Shown here: positions 26,395 to 35,809 of the stretch, one piece after another
How positions within the stretch are numbered: the stretch's first letter is position 1
Layout of the letters: each line of letters opens with the position of its first letter
NCBI GenBank assembly: GCA_900319455.1
Contig: ONON01000092.1
Location: 1-40,719, forward strand
Source: an uncultured Eubacteriales bacterium
GTDB taxonomy: Bacteria; Bacillota; Clostridia; Oscillospirales; Acutalibacteraceae
Direction of reading: 5' to 3'
Length of the DNA stretch: 40,719 nucleotides
Translations under genes and position numbers: made by a program
The notes under the pieces: model-generated
Seen by the model: the letters and a program-made list of their open reading frames with translations, nothing else
Told to the model about the DNA's origin: nothing
Database searches by the model: none

Positions 26395-27360
26395 GTGAAA
26401 TTAGGCGTTTTTACAACTCTTCTTTCAAACCTGCCCTTTGAGGAGGCACTCAAATATTTTAAATCACTCGGCATAGAAATGGTTGAAATCGGCTGCGGCG
26501 GCTACCCCGGCAACGCGCACGCCAACCCCGACGAGCTGCTCGAAAACAGCGCTAAGCTCGAGGATTTCAAGGCTCTTGTCAAAAATTACGATGTTGAGAT
26601 AAGCGCCCTTTCCTGCCACGGCAACCCCGTACACCCCAACAAACAGATTGCCGCGGAGTTTGACCGCACAATCCGTCAGACAATTCTGCTGGCGGAAAAG
26701 CTCGGCATACATCAGATAAACACATTTTCCGGCTGCCCCGGCGATTATGAGGGCGCGAAATACCCCAACTGGGTTACCTGCCCCTGGCCCGATGATTTCG
26801 GCGAAATTCTCAACTGGCAGTGGAACGAGGTGCTTATCCCCTACTGGAAAAACACGGTTGCTTTCGCGAAAAATCACGGCGTTGACAAAATCGCGTTTGA
26901 GCTTCACCCCGGTTTCTGCGTTTACAACACGGAGAGTATGCTTAAAATCCGCAACGCGGTAGGCCCCGAAATCGGCGCTAACCTTGACCCCAGCCACCTT
27001 ATCTGGCAGGGTATGGAGCCCGTCGCGGTAATACGCGCTCTCGGCGACGCGATATTCCACTTCCACGCGAAAGACACAAAGGTTGACAAATACAACACTG
27101 CCGTAAACGGCGTGCTTGACACCAAGCCCTATTCGGATGAAATCAACCGTTCGTGGATTTTCCGCTCGCTCGGCTACGGCAACGATTATTCCTACTGGAA
27201 AGACATTATATCAAACCTGCGTATGGTCGGCTATGACTACGCGCTGAGCATTGAGCACGAGGATTCGCTTATGAGCCAGAACGAAGGCCTTGAAAAAGCG
27301 GTTGAGTTCCTCAAAGGCGTTCTCATAAAAGAAAACCCCGCCGAAATGTGGTGGGCATAA
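26395..27360 (+). CDS. Sugar phosphate isomerase/epimerase family (TIM barrel)
   Basis: SALSCHGNPVHP, FELHPG, NLDPSH, HFHAKD, SIEHED; GTG start behind GGAGG. Confidence 0.92.
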   Translation: MKLGVFTTLLSNLPFEEALKYFKSLGIEMVEIGCGGYPGNAHANPDELLENSAKLEDFKALVKNYDVEISALSCHGNPVHPNKQIAAEFDRTIRQTILLAEKLGIHQINTFSGCPGDYEGAKYPNWVTCPWPDDFGEILNWQWNEVLIPYWKNTVAFAKNHGVDKIAFELHPGFCVYNTESMLKIRNAVGPEIGANLDPSHLIWQGMEPVAVIRALGDAIFHFHAKDTKVDKYNTAVNGVLDTKPYSDEINRSWIFRSLGYGNDYSYWKDIISNLRMVGYDYALSIEHEDSLMSQNEGLEKAVEFLKGVLIKENPAEMWWA

Positions 27361-27420
27361 ACATTAAATTCTGAAAAAAAGGGCGGCGCCGTCAAAGCGC
27401 GGCGCCGTTAAGGCAATAAT

Positions 27421-28485
27421 ATGGTTAACGGAAAATTCGGCTTCGCCGTTATAGGCTACGGCGGAATGGGCGGCTGGCACATAAACCAGATGCTCGAAAA
27501 ATTCTCTGACAGGGCTGAGGTGCTCGGAATATACGACATAAGCCCCGACGCGGCTGAACGCGCGCGCAAAAAAGGCATTCACGCCTACTCAAGCCGCGAG
27601 GAGCTTCTCGCGGATGAAAGAATTGACCTTGTTACAATAGCGACACCCAACGATGTTCACAAAGAGATAGCGATTGACGCTCTCAACGCGGGTAAAAACG
27701 TAATCTCCGAAAAGCCGGTTACGCTCAGCGTTCCCGACTATGAGGAAATGGTCGCGGCGGCGAAAAAGAACAACAGGCTTTTCACCACCCACCAGAACAG
27801 GCGCTGGGATGAGGATTACCTCATTGTGCGCAAACTCATTGATGACAACACCCTTGGCAGGGTATTCCGCATTGAGCACAGGGTTCAGGGTTCCAGAGGA
27901 GTGCCGGGCGACTGGCGCAATCAAAAAGAACACGGCGGCGGAATGGTGCTCGACTGGGGCATTCACCTGCTTGATCAGGTTTTGCAGATGACTTACCCGC
28001 ATAAGCTGGTCAGCGTTTACAATGAGCTGACATACATCACAAACGAAAACTGCGACGACGGCTTCAGGGCTACTCTTGTTTTCGATGACGGGCTTTCGTT
28101 CTATGTTGAGGTTACAACAAGCAATTTTATTGAACTGCCGCTTTGGTATGTTCTGGGCGAAAACGGCTCCGCTGTTATTAACAACTGGAACTATGACGGC
28201 GAGATTGTCAAGGTTTCCGACTGGGAGAACAGAGACGCCGTGCCCATTCAGGCAGGCGCGGGCATAACAAAAACAATGGCGCCCCGCACCGATGAGACAA
28301 TAAAGCGCTATCCCCTGCCCCGCCTCAACGCGGATTGGAGCGAGTATTACGCAAACATTTTTGACACGCTCGAAGGCAAGGCAACACAGATTGTAACCCA
28401 TGACCAGCAGAGAAGGCTGCTCAAACTTGTTGACGCCCTGTTCCTCTCCGCCAAAGAGAACAGAGTGGTGGAGTTTGAGAAATAA
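27421..28485 (+). CDS. Gfo/Idh/MocA-family oxidoreductase
   Basis: IGYGGMGGWH, IATPN, SEKP, HQNRRWD, GGMVLDWGIHLLDQ. Confidence 0.93.
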   Translation: MVNGKFGFAVIGYGGMGGWHINQMLEKFSDRAEVLGIYDISPDAAERARKKGIHAYSSREELLADERIDLVTIATPNDVHKEIAIDALNAGKNVISEKPVTLSVPDYEEMVAAAKKNNRLFTTHQNRRWDEDYLIVRKLIDDNTLGRVFRIEHRVQGSRGVPGDWRNQKEHGGGMVLDWGIHLLDQVLQMTYPHKLVSVYNELTYITNENCDDGFRATLVFDDGLSFYVEVTTSNFIELPLWYVLGENGSAVINNWNYDGEIVKVSDWENRDAVPIQAGAGITKTMAPRTDETIKRYPLPRLNADWSEYYANIFDTLEGKATQIVTHDQQRRLLKLVDALFLSAKENRVVEFEK

Positions 28486-28505
28486 TCAAAATACCGCATA
28501 ATATT

Positions 28506-28565
28506 AAAGGAACGCCGAAAGGGCAGTCACTCGTAAAACAGTAATGCCTCAAAGCGTTCCTTTTT
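28506..28565. terminator. Long bidirectional terminator hairpin between convergent genes
   Basis: AAAGGAACGC(28506-15)/GCGTTCCTTT(28554-63) with inner GGCA/TGCC pairing. Confidence 0.65.
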
Positions 28566-28582
28566 GCTGTTATTCAATTACT

Positions 28583-29041
28583 TTATATCTCCGCGTTAAT
28601 GCACATAATCCCTTTTTCGGTTATATCGACTATACCGTATCTGCCGTTCTGCGCCGCGCCCGGGTTGAACAGATAAACCCCGTCGCTGTAACTGCAATCG
28701 GGAATGTGGGTGTGACCGTAGAGCGCCAACTGAAAGCCCATTCGCCTGACCTTTTCTTCGAGCAGCAGGGTGCCGTGCTTGACTTTTTCAAGGTGGCCGT
28801 GGGTGCAGAGAACGCCTGTATTTCCGGCTTTTATAAGCTCATTTAAAGGGAACTCAGGCATAAAATCGCAGTTGCCGCAAACCCTGTAAAACGGTCTGCT
28901 TCCCACTAAATCCTCAATATAGCCCGTGTCTCTCTCGCAGTCGCCCAGGTGAACCACGGCATCCGCCTCCGGGTGCTTTTCAAGGGCTTCGCGCATAGGG
29001 CTCACCCTGCCGTGAGAATCCGAAAAAACAAGCAGGCGCAT
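28583..29041 (-). CDS. YfcE/MJ0936-family metallophosphoesterase
   Basis: SDSHG, HLGD, GNCD, THGH, GHTH, NPG; start moved to ATG 29041. Confidence 0.92.
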   Translation of the reverse strand: MRLLVFSDSHGRVSPMREALEKHPEADAVVHLGDCERDTGYIEDLVGSRPFYRVCGNCDFMPEFPLNELIKAGNTGVLCTHGHLEKVKHGTLLLEEKVRRMGFQLALYGHTHIPDCSYSDGVYLFNPGAAQNGRYGIVDITEKGIMCINAEI

Positions 29042-29042
29042 A

Positions 29043-30350
29043 TCACATACCCCTGCGATTAACGCAGTTTTCAAGCTTTATCGCCTCATAAACGCCGCTG
29101 TCAAACAGGTCACACACCTCTTTGTATTTTTCAAGCGGCAGGCTTTCGAGCGTCTCGCCCGATTTTATGCACAGCGCGACAATTTCGCCCGTAGCCTTGT
29201 AGGCGTCCCTGAAAGGCAGGCCTTTTGAAACAAGGTAGTCGGCGCAGTCTGTGGCGTTGATAAACCCGCCCGCCGCGGCTTTTCTCATATTTTCGGGAAT
29301 AACGCGCATGGTGTCAATCATCGGAATAAGGGTGTCAACGCAGATTTTCACCGTGTCAAAGGCGTCAAAAATCGCGTCTTTGTCTTCCTGCATATCTTTG
29401 TTGTAAGCGAGGGGAAGCCCTTTCATAACGGTCAGAAGGGTTATAAGGTCGCCGAAAACCCTGCCCGATTTGCCTCTTACAAGCTCGGTGATGTCGGGAT
29501 TTTTCTTTTGCGGCATTATGCTTGAGCCGGTTGAAAAGGCGTCGTCAAGCTCAACAAATTTGAACTCCCACGAACACCACAGCACAATCTCCTCCGAAAG
29601 GCGTGAGAGATGCACCATAATAATCGAGAGGGCGGACGCGAGCTCAATGCAGAAATCACGGTCCGATACGCCGTCAAGCGTGTTTTTCATATAGCCGTCA
29701 AAACCCAGAAGCTCCGCTGTCATGGCGCGGTCAATCGGGTAGGTTGTGCCGGCGAGAGCGCCGCTGCCCAAAGGCGAGACATTCATTCTTTTTTTCGCGT
29801 CTTCAAGCCTGCCCAGGTCTCTTGTGAGCATTTCAACATAAGCGCCGAGATGTGTTGCGAATGTTATGGGCTGAGCGCGCTGAAGGTGTGTGTAGCCGGG
29901 CATAATCGCGCCTTTGTATTCATCCGCCTTGCCTTGAAGCGAGGCGATAAGCCCTTTTACAAGAGCGTAAAGCGCGTCACATTCCTTACGCAGAGTAAGG
30001 CGAACATCCACCGCTACCTGATCATTGCGGCTGCGCCCTGTGTGAAGGCGTTTGCCCGCCTGACCTATACGCTGTGTGAGAGTTGCCTCAACAAAGGTGT
30101 GAATATCCTCGGCGTTCGGGTCAATAAGCAGTTCGCCGCTTATAATATCCCGCTTTATCTGTTCCAGACCTTCACATATTGCCGCTCCGTCTTCTTTTGA
30201 GATTATGCCCTGAGCCGCCAGCATTGTCGCGTGGGCTATGCTGCCGTTAATATCCTCCTCAAACATACGCGAGTCGGTGGCTATGGAGGAGTTGAAATCG
30301 TTGGTTTTTTTGTCGGCTTCCTTTGAGAAGCGCCCTGCCCATAATTTCAT
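29043..30350 (-). CDS. argH: Argininosuccinate lyase
   Basis: MKLWAGRF, HTGRSRNDQ, GYTHLQRAQP, GSSIMPQKKNPD, YNKDMQEDK. Confidence 0.97.
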   Translation of the reverse strand: MKLWAGRFSKEADKKTNDFNSSIATDSRMFEEDINGSIAHATMLAAQGIISKEDGAAICEGLEQIKRDIISGELLIDPNAEDIHTFVEATLTQRIGQAGKRLHTGRSRNDQVAVDVRLTLRKECDALYALVKGLIASLQGKADEYKGAIMPGYTHLQRAQPITFATHLGAYVEMLTRDLGRLEDAKKRMNVSPLGSGALAGTTYPIDRAMTAELLGFDGYMKNTLDGVSDRDFCIELASALSIIMVHLSRLSEEIVLWCSWEFKFVELDDAFSTGSSIMPQKKNPDITELVRGKSGRVFGDLITLLTVMKGLPLAYNKDMQEDKDAIFDAFDTVKICVDTLIPMIDTMRVIPENMRKAAAGGFINATDCADYLVSKGLPFRDAYKATGEIVALCIKSGETLESLPLEKYKEVCDLFDSGVYEAIKLENCVNRRGM

Positions 30351-30377
30351 AGCAATTCCGTTCCTTTTATAAATAGT

Positions 30378-30405
30378 GAAAAAGAGCCGCCGCAACGGCT
30401 CTTTT
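30378..30405 (-). terminator. Terminator-like hairpin between argG and argH
   Basis: Minus strand AAAAGAGCCG-TTGCGG-CGGCTCTTTTT. Confidence 0.6.
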
Positions 30406-30419
30406 GTTTTTGCTGTTTA

Positions 30420-31646
30420 TTATTTGCCTTCTCTCTCGGCGTCGAGAATGGCCTTTACCTTGATGGGAAGGCCGAACAGGTTGATGAAGCCCGCGGAATC
30501 CTTCTGATTGTAAACCTCATCCTCATCAAATGTGGCGAACGCCTCGCTGTAAAGGGTGTAGGGCGAGGTAACCCCGGCGTTTATCATATTGCCCTTGTAG
30601 AGCTTGAGCGTAACATCGCCGGTTACCGTTTCCTGTGTTTTGTCAACAAAGGCGGAGAGAGCCTCGCGAAGGGGTGTGAACCACTGGCCGAAATAAACAA
30701 GCTCCGCAAAACGCTGAGCCACAAGCGCTTTGTAGTGGGCTGTGTCTCTGTCAAGGCAGATTGTCTCAAGCACCTGATGCGCTCTGTAAAGGATTGAGCC
30801 GGCGGGGTTTTCGTAAACGCCCCTTGACTTCATACCCACAAGGCGGTTTTCAACAAGGTCGCAAAGACCTATGCCGTTTTCGCCGCCGATTTTGTTAAGG
30901 TACTCAACAAGTTCCACTCCGCCCATCTCTTTGCCGTCAACCGCGGTGGGAATGCCCTTCTCAAAATGAATTTTTACATAAGTGGGCTTGTCGGGGGCCT
31001 GTTCGGGCGATTTGCCGATTTCAAGAAAACCGGGTTTGTTGTACTGAGGCTCGTTTGCCGGGTCTTCAAGGTCAAGACCCTCGTGCGAAAGGTGCCAGAG
31101 GTTTTTGTCTTTTGAATAGTTTGTTTCGCGGTTTATTTTAAGAGGAATATTGTGAGCCTCCGCGTATTCTATTTCTTCCTCGCGGCTCTTTATGTTCCAG
31201 ATTCTCCACGGGGCGATAATCTGCATATCGGGCGCAAAAGCCTTGATGGCAAGCTCAAAACGCACCTGATCGTTGCCCTTGCCGGTGCAGCCGTGGCAGA
31301 TGGCGTCGGCGCCTTCTTTTTTGGCGATTTCAACAAGTCTCATCGCGATAAGGGGGCGCGCGAAGGATGTGCCTAAAAGATAATCGTTCTCATAAACCGC
31401 GCCCGCTTTAAGGGTGGGGAAGATGTAATCTTTTACAAACTCGTCTTTGAGGTCCATAATGTAGAGCTTGGAAGCGCCTGTTTTGATTGCCTTTTCCTCA
31501 AGGCCGTCAAGCTCGGTGCCCTGACCTACATCGCCCGAAACGGCTATAACCTCGCAGTTGTTGTAATTCTCTTTTAACCACGGGATTATTATAGATGTGT
31601 CAAGCCCGCCGGAATAAGCGAGAACAACTTTTTTGATTTCTTTCAT
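30420..31646 (-). CDS. argG: Argininosuccinate synthase
   Basis: [38 protein letters not shown]; ATG 31646 follows GGAGG. Confidence 0.98.
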   Translation of the reverse strand: MKEIKKVVLAYSGGLDTSIIIPWLKENYNNCEVIAVSGDVGQGTELDGLEEKAIKTGASKLYIMDLKDEFVKDYIFPTLKAGAVYENDYLLGTSFARPLIAMRLVEIAKKEGADAICHGCTGKGNDQVRFELAIKAFAPDMQIIAPWRIWNIKSREEEIEYAEAHNIPLKINRETNYSKDKNLWHLSHEGLDLEDPANEPQYNKPGFLEIGKSPEQAPDKPTYVKIHFEKGIPTAVDGKEMGGVELVEYLNKIGGENGIGLCDLVENRLVGMKSRGVYENPAGSILYRAHQVLETICLDRDTAHYKALVAQRFAELVYFGQWFTPLREALSAFVDKTQETVTGDVTLKLYKGNMINAGVTSPYTLYSEAFATFDEDEVYNQKDSAGFINLFGLPIKVKAILDAEREGK

Positions 31647-31681
31647 TTCAGTATTCCTCCGGATATTTATTTTATGCAATG

Positions 31682-31730
31682 ATTATACAACATTTATACG
31701 CTAAGTCAAGCAAAAGTGTATTATTATTCA
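31682..31730 (-). promoter_or_regulatory. argG promoter and ARG box (ArgR site)
   Basis: TTGACT-16 nt-TATAAT (31682-31709). TGAATAATAATACA (31717-31730) matches the ARG-box core TGAATAWWWATTCA with one mismatch. Confidence 0.65.
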
Positions 31731-31770
31731 AAAAATCGGCATAACCGCCAAAAAATATGCAAATCAGCAA

Positions 31771-32781
31771 TTATAACTGATACAGTCCGACCTTTTTCTG
31801 CACCTTTGAGAGGGTTCTGTATGTGAGTTTAAGGGCTGCCTCGGCGCCCTTTTTCGCGCACTCGTTGAGATAGGCTTTGTCATTTATGAGTTTCGCGTAT
31901 TCCTCCTGAACGGGCTTAAACTCGTCAACAACAGCCTGCGCCACCGCGAGCTTGAAATCGCCGTAGCCTTTGCCGTCAAACTCTTTTTCAATCTCATCAA
32001 ACCCTTTGCCCGTGCAGCAGGAATAAATCGACATAAGGTTGTTTATGCCGTCTTTGCCCTCGGCATAGCGCACGCAGGCCTCGCTGTCGGTAACGGCGGA
32101 TTTGAATTTTTTAACTATCGCGTCGGGCGGGTCAAGCAACGAAACGGAAGCTCTCGGGTTTGTGTCGGATTTTGACATTTTCTGGGTCGGGTCCTGAAGG
32201 CTGGCGATTTTCGCGCCCACCTTGCCTATAAACGGCTCCGGCAGGGTGAATGTGCTGCCGTGCCTTGTGTTGAAGCGGTCCGCTATATCTCTCGCCAGCT
32301 CAAGGTGCTGTTTCTGGTCGGCTCCCACAGGCACGAAATCCGCCTGATAGATAAGAATATCCGCCGCCATAAGCACGGGGTAATCAAACAGCCCCACATT
32401 GACATTGTCGGCGTGTTTTTGCGATTTGTCTTTAAACTGGGTCATTCTCGAAGCCTCGCCGTACTGGGTGTAGCAGTTTAAAATCCAGGCAAGCTCGCTG
32501 TGAGTGTGAACATGGCTCTGGAAAAAAACAATGCTCTTTTCGGGGTCAAGGCCTATCGCGAGCATAAGGGCGAACATCTCCTGCGACTGTTTGCGCAAAA
32601 GTGCCGGCTCGGGGTGAACGGTGAGGGCGTGAAGGTCGGCTACCCCGTAGATGCAGTCATACTCCTCACTCATATTTTTCCAGTTTTTGAGCGCGCCGAA
32701 ATAGTTGCCTATTGTGGGCACTGAAGTGGGCTGAATAAGGCTCAGCACTCTTTTTTTACGAACGGGTGCGGTGTTTTCCAT
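31771..32781 (-). CDS. trpS: Tryptophan--tRNA ligase
   Basis: TIGNY (HIGH-like), YPVLMAADIL, VPVGADQKQHLE, KMSKS. Confidence 0.97.
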   Translation of the reverse strand: MENTAPVRKKRVLSLIQPTSVPTIGNYFGALKNWKNMSEEYDCIYGVADLHALTVHPEPALLRKQSQEMFALMLAIGLDPEKSIVFFQSHVHTHSELAWILNCYTQYGEASRMTQFKDKSQKHADNVNVGLFDYPVLMAADILIYQADFVPVGADQKQHLELARDIADRFNTRHGSTFTLPEPFIGKVGAKIASLQDPTQKMSKSDTNPRASVSLLDPPDAIVKKFKSAVTDSEACVRYAEGKDGINNLMSIYSCCTGKGFDEIEKEFDGKGYGDFKLAVAQAVVDEFKPVQEEYAKLINDKAYLNECAKKGAEAALKLTYRTLSKVQKKVGLYQL

Positions 32782-32797
32782 ATATATTCTCCGTTAA

Positions 32798-33982
32798 TCA
32801 GTAATTTCTCGCAACTTCACCTAAAATCTTCACGCCCTTAACAATGCCTTCATCGGAGGGTGTAGAGAAATTAAGGCGAACATAATGGCTTGAAGCTGTT
32901 TCATCGCAGAGGAACGCGTTGCCCGGTACGATTGCCACGCCCGCGGCGGAGGCTTTTTTGACGAATGTGAGCATATTGAACCTGTCGGCTAACTTGCACC
33001 AGACAAACAGGCCGCCCTCGGGGCGTACATATTCAACATAATCGCCGAGTTCCTCATCTATAAGGTCGCACATAAGGTTGAGTTTTCTGCGGTATATGCT
33101 CTTGATTTTGGCAATATGCGCCTCATAATCATAATCGTGAAGCCACTTGTAAACAATATATTGCGACATAATCGGCGTGTGAACATCCTGAGTCTGCTTG
33201 ACAACGGTCATCTTCGCTATAAGAGCCCTGTTCGCGCAAACATAGCCTACGCGTATGCCGGGAGCGACGATTTTTGAGAACGAGCCGGAATAAACCACAA
33301 GCCCGCAGTCATCCATTGTTTTGATGGCGGGAATATCCTCGCCCGCCACTCTTGTTTCGCCGTAGGGATTGTCTTCAAGAATAACCACGCCGTATTTTTT
33401 CGCAAGCTCATAAATCGCCTTCCTCTTTTCAAAAGAGGTGGTTGAGCCGGCGGGGTTCTGGAAATTGGGGATTGTGTAGATAAATTTCGCCCCGGGGTTG
33501 TTTTTAAGCGCCTGCTCAAGCGCGTCAATATTCATACCGTCTGCCTCAAGCGGAACTCCGACGAGCTTCGCGCCGAAAGAGCGGAAGCAGTTGAGTGCGC
33601 CTATAAACGCGGGCTCCTCGCAAATAACGGTGTCTCCGTGGTTGAGAAGGGTGTGTGAGAGAAGGCTCATAACCTGCTGCGCGCCCGATGTGACAATAAC
33701 ACTGTCATCCGCGCTCATAACATTGTAGCGCTCGCGGCAGAGCTTCTCAAGCTCGCCCACAAGGGGAGCGAAGCCGTCTGTTACGCCGTACTGCAGGGCG
33801 AGAATGGGATTGTTCTCAAACAGCTCGCCTACTATTTCTTTAACATCATCAACGGGAAAAGCGTCGGGAGCGGGGTTGCCCGCCGCGAAGGGGATTGTGC
33901 TTGACCCGCCTGTTTCTTTAAGTATTTCACGGATAATTGAGGGTTTGAGTGACGCGAGACCCTCAGAGAATTTGTATTCCAT
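32798..33982 (-). CDS. PLP-dependent class I aminotransferase (LysN/Aro8-like, no HTH)
   Basis: YTIPNFQNPAG, EDNPYG, SFSKIVAPGIRVG, RLNFS. Confidence 0.92.
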   Translation of the reverse strand: MEYKFSEGLASLKPSIIREILKETGGSSTIPFAAGNPAPDAFPVDDVKEIVGELFENNPILALQYGVTDGFAPLVGELEKLCRERYNVMSADDSVIVTSGAQQVMSLLSHTLLNHGDTVICEEPAFIGALNCFRSFGAKLVGVPLEADGMNIDALEQALKNNPGAKFIYTIPNFQNPAGSTTSFEKRKAIYELAKKYGVVILEDNPYGETRVAGEDIPAIKTMDDCGLVVYSGSFSKIVAPGIRVGYVCANRALIAKMTVVKQTQDVHTPIMSQYIVYKWLHDYDYEAHIAKIKSIYRRKLNLMCDLIDEELGDYVEYVRPEGGLFVWCKLADRFNMLTFVKKASAAGVAIVPGNAFLCDETASSHYVRLNFSTPSDEGIVKGVKILGEVARNY

Positions 33983-34014
33983 ACTGTGCCTCCAAAAACA
34001 TATTACAAATTGAT

Positions 34015-34043
34015 ATTATAATATATAAAAATTAAATTGTAAA
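34015..34043 (-). promoter_or_regulatory. Sigma-A promoter of aminotransferase-trpS
   Basis: TTTACA-17 nt-TATAAT. Confidence 0.7.
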
Positions 34044-34107
34044 GGAAAAAGCGGCGGTTATTTTAATAAAAGGGCGGTACTGCCGGGCGGCGGTTTTGCA
34101 AACAGCG

Positions 34108-34133
34108 GCGCCCGGTGACTGTTCACCGGGCGC
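34108..34133 (-). terminator. Hairpin after mmsA
   Basis: GCGCCCGGTGA/TCACCGGGCGC, a perfect 11-bp stem; weak U-tail. Confidence 0.6.
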
Positions 34134-34169
34134 GGTTATAATCCGATATTAAAACGCGAAATTTAAGGC

Positions 34170-35693
34170 TTATTTCAAGTCTCCGCCGACGGAGCCGTCC
34201 CAGGTGTCAACCTCTTTTGCCTTCATTTCCTCTTCATCAAACCAGCGGGTGGTAACGGTTTTGCTCTCTGTGTAGAAGCGGAAGCCGTCTTTGCCCAGCG
34301 TGTGAAGGTCGCCGAAGAATGAGAGCTTGTGGCCGTTGAACGGGAAGATGCCTACGGGAACGGGGATGCCGACATTTACGCCGACCATGCCGCCGTCTGT
34401 TCTTTTTGCGAACTCACGGGCGTAGTAGCCGCTCTGTGTGAATATGACAGAGCCGTTTGCGAAGGGGTTGTTGTTCATGATTTTAAGACCCTCTTCAAAG
34501 TTCTTGACTCTCTTTATGCAAAGCACGGGGCCGAAAATCTCCCTTGTGCCCACGGTCATTTCCTCTGTTACATTGTCAAGAATTGTGGGGCCGACATAAA
34601 AGCCGTTTTCATAGCCTTCAACAACGGTGTTTCTGCCGTCAAGCAGAAGGGTGGCGCCCTCTTCAATGCCCTTGTTTATCCAGCCGATAACCTTCTCTTT
34701 ATGAGCGGCGCTGACAACGGGGCCGAGTTTGGATTCCTTATCGTAAGCGGGGCCGATTTTAAGCTCTTTCGCGAATTTGACTATATATGAAACAAGCTCG
34801 TCCGCAATGCTCTCCTGGGCTACAACCACGGGCAGAGCCATGCAGCGTTCGCCCGCGCAGCCGAATGAGGAGTTGATAATGCCCCTCGCGGTTCTTTCAA
34901 GGGCGGCGTCTTCAAGAACGAGGGCGTGGTTCTTAGCCTCGCAAAGGCACTGAACGCGTTTGCCGGAAGCCGCGGCTGTTGAATAAATGTGGCGGCCTAC
35001 ATTTGTGGTGCCTACGAATGAAACGCCCTTGACATCGGGGTGCTCAAGCAGAATGTTCGCTTCGTTTCTTGTGCAGGTAACAATGTTGATAACGCCGTCG
35101 GGAAGGCCCGCCTCCTGCCAGAGTTCGGCAAGGCGCATACAGGTCATGGGGGTCATTGAGGCGGCTTTGAGAACTATTGTGTTGCCGCAGGCTATGCATA
35201 TCGGGGTCATCCAGCCCATCGGAATCATACCGGGGAAGTTGAACGGGATAATGCCCGCGAAAACGCCGAGAGGCTCCCTGTAAAGAGTGGTGTCATAGCC
35301 GGAGGAAGTGTCGCGCAGGCTCTCGCCCATAATGAGTGAGGGAGCTCCGCAGGCAAGCTCAAGGGGTTCTTTAACCTTGAGAATGTCGCCCTTTGCCTCC
35401 GCCCATACCTTGCCGTGTTCGCGTGCCACAAGCTCGGTGAGCTCATCCATATGCTCTTCAAGCAGCTCTCTGAATTTGTAGAGAATCTGAACTCTTTTGA
35501 ACACGGGTGTGTCTGACCACGCGGGGTATGCCTTTTTCGCGCATTCAACGGCGTAGTTTACCTCTTCTTCGGTGCAGCAGGGCGTCTGAGCCTGAACCTC
35601 GCCCGTGCTGGGGTTGTAGATATCCATATATTTGTCTGTTTTGGATGTAATCCACTGACCGCCCGCAAAGTATTTGAGTTTTTTGATTTCCAT
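34170..35693 (-). CDS. mmsA: CoA-acylating (methyl)malonate-semialdehyde dehydrogenase (MmsA/IolA)
   Basis: PFNFP, VSFVG, AKNH, GCAGERCMA, EIFGPV, GMVGVNVGIPVP, SFFGDLH. Confidence 0.93.
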   Translation of the reverse strand: MEIKKLKYFAGGQWITSKTDKYMDIYNPSTGEVQAQTPCCTEEEVNYAVECAKKAYPAWSDTPVFKRVQILYKFRELLEEHMDELTELVAREHGKVWAEAKGDILKVKEPLELACGAPSLIMGESLRDTSSGYDTTLYREPLGVFAGIIPFNFPGMIPMGWMTPICIACGNTIVLKAASMTPMTCMRLAELWQEAGLPDGVINIVTCTRNEANILLEHPDVKGVSFVGTTNVGRHIYSTAAASGKRVQCLCEAKNHALVLEDAALERTARGIINSSFGCAGERCMALPVVVAQESIADELVSYIVKFAKELKIGPAYDKESKLGPVVSAAHKEKVIGWINKGIEEGATLLLDGRNTVVEGYENGFYVGPTILDNVTEEMTVGTREIFGPVLCIKRVKNFEEGLKIMNNNPFANGSVIFTQSGYYAREFAKRTDGGMVGVNVGIPVPVGIFPFNGHKLSFFGDLHTLGKDGFRFYTESKTVTTRWFDEEEMKAKEVDTWDGSVGGDLK

Positions 35694-35728
35694 AATAACA
35701 TCAACTCCGTTTCATAAATTACCTTTTT

Positions 35729-35757
35729 ATTGTATTCCATAAACACTTAATTGTCAA
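35729..35757 (-). promoter_or_regulatory. Sigma-A promoter of mmsA
   Basis: TTGACA-17 nt-TACAAT. Confidence 0.75.
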
Positions 35758-35809
35758 TAACACGCGGGGCTGTAAAGTCACAATTCCCGTTATGTGCGGT
35801 GAGCCGTGC

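Noticed and set aside
24561-28485. myo-inositol (iol) operon
   Set aside because: No iolB, iolC or iolD is present, and mmsA/iolA is 6 kb away on the other strand with its own promoter.
29043-29110. ArgH short C-terminus (435 aa, lacking the GG.AP tail) as a pseudogene
   Set aside because: All catalytic motifs are intact, the stop is tightly coupled to the next gene, and to my knowledge similarly short clostridial ArgH variants exist.
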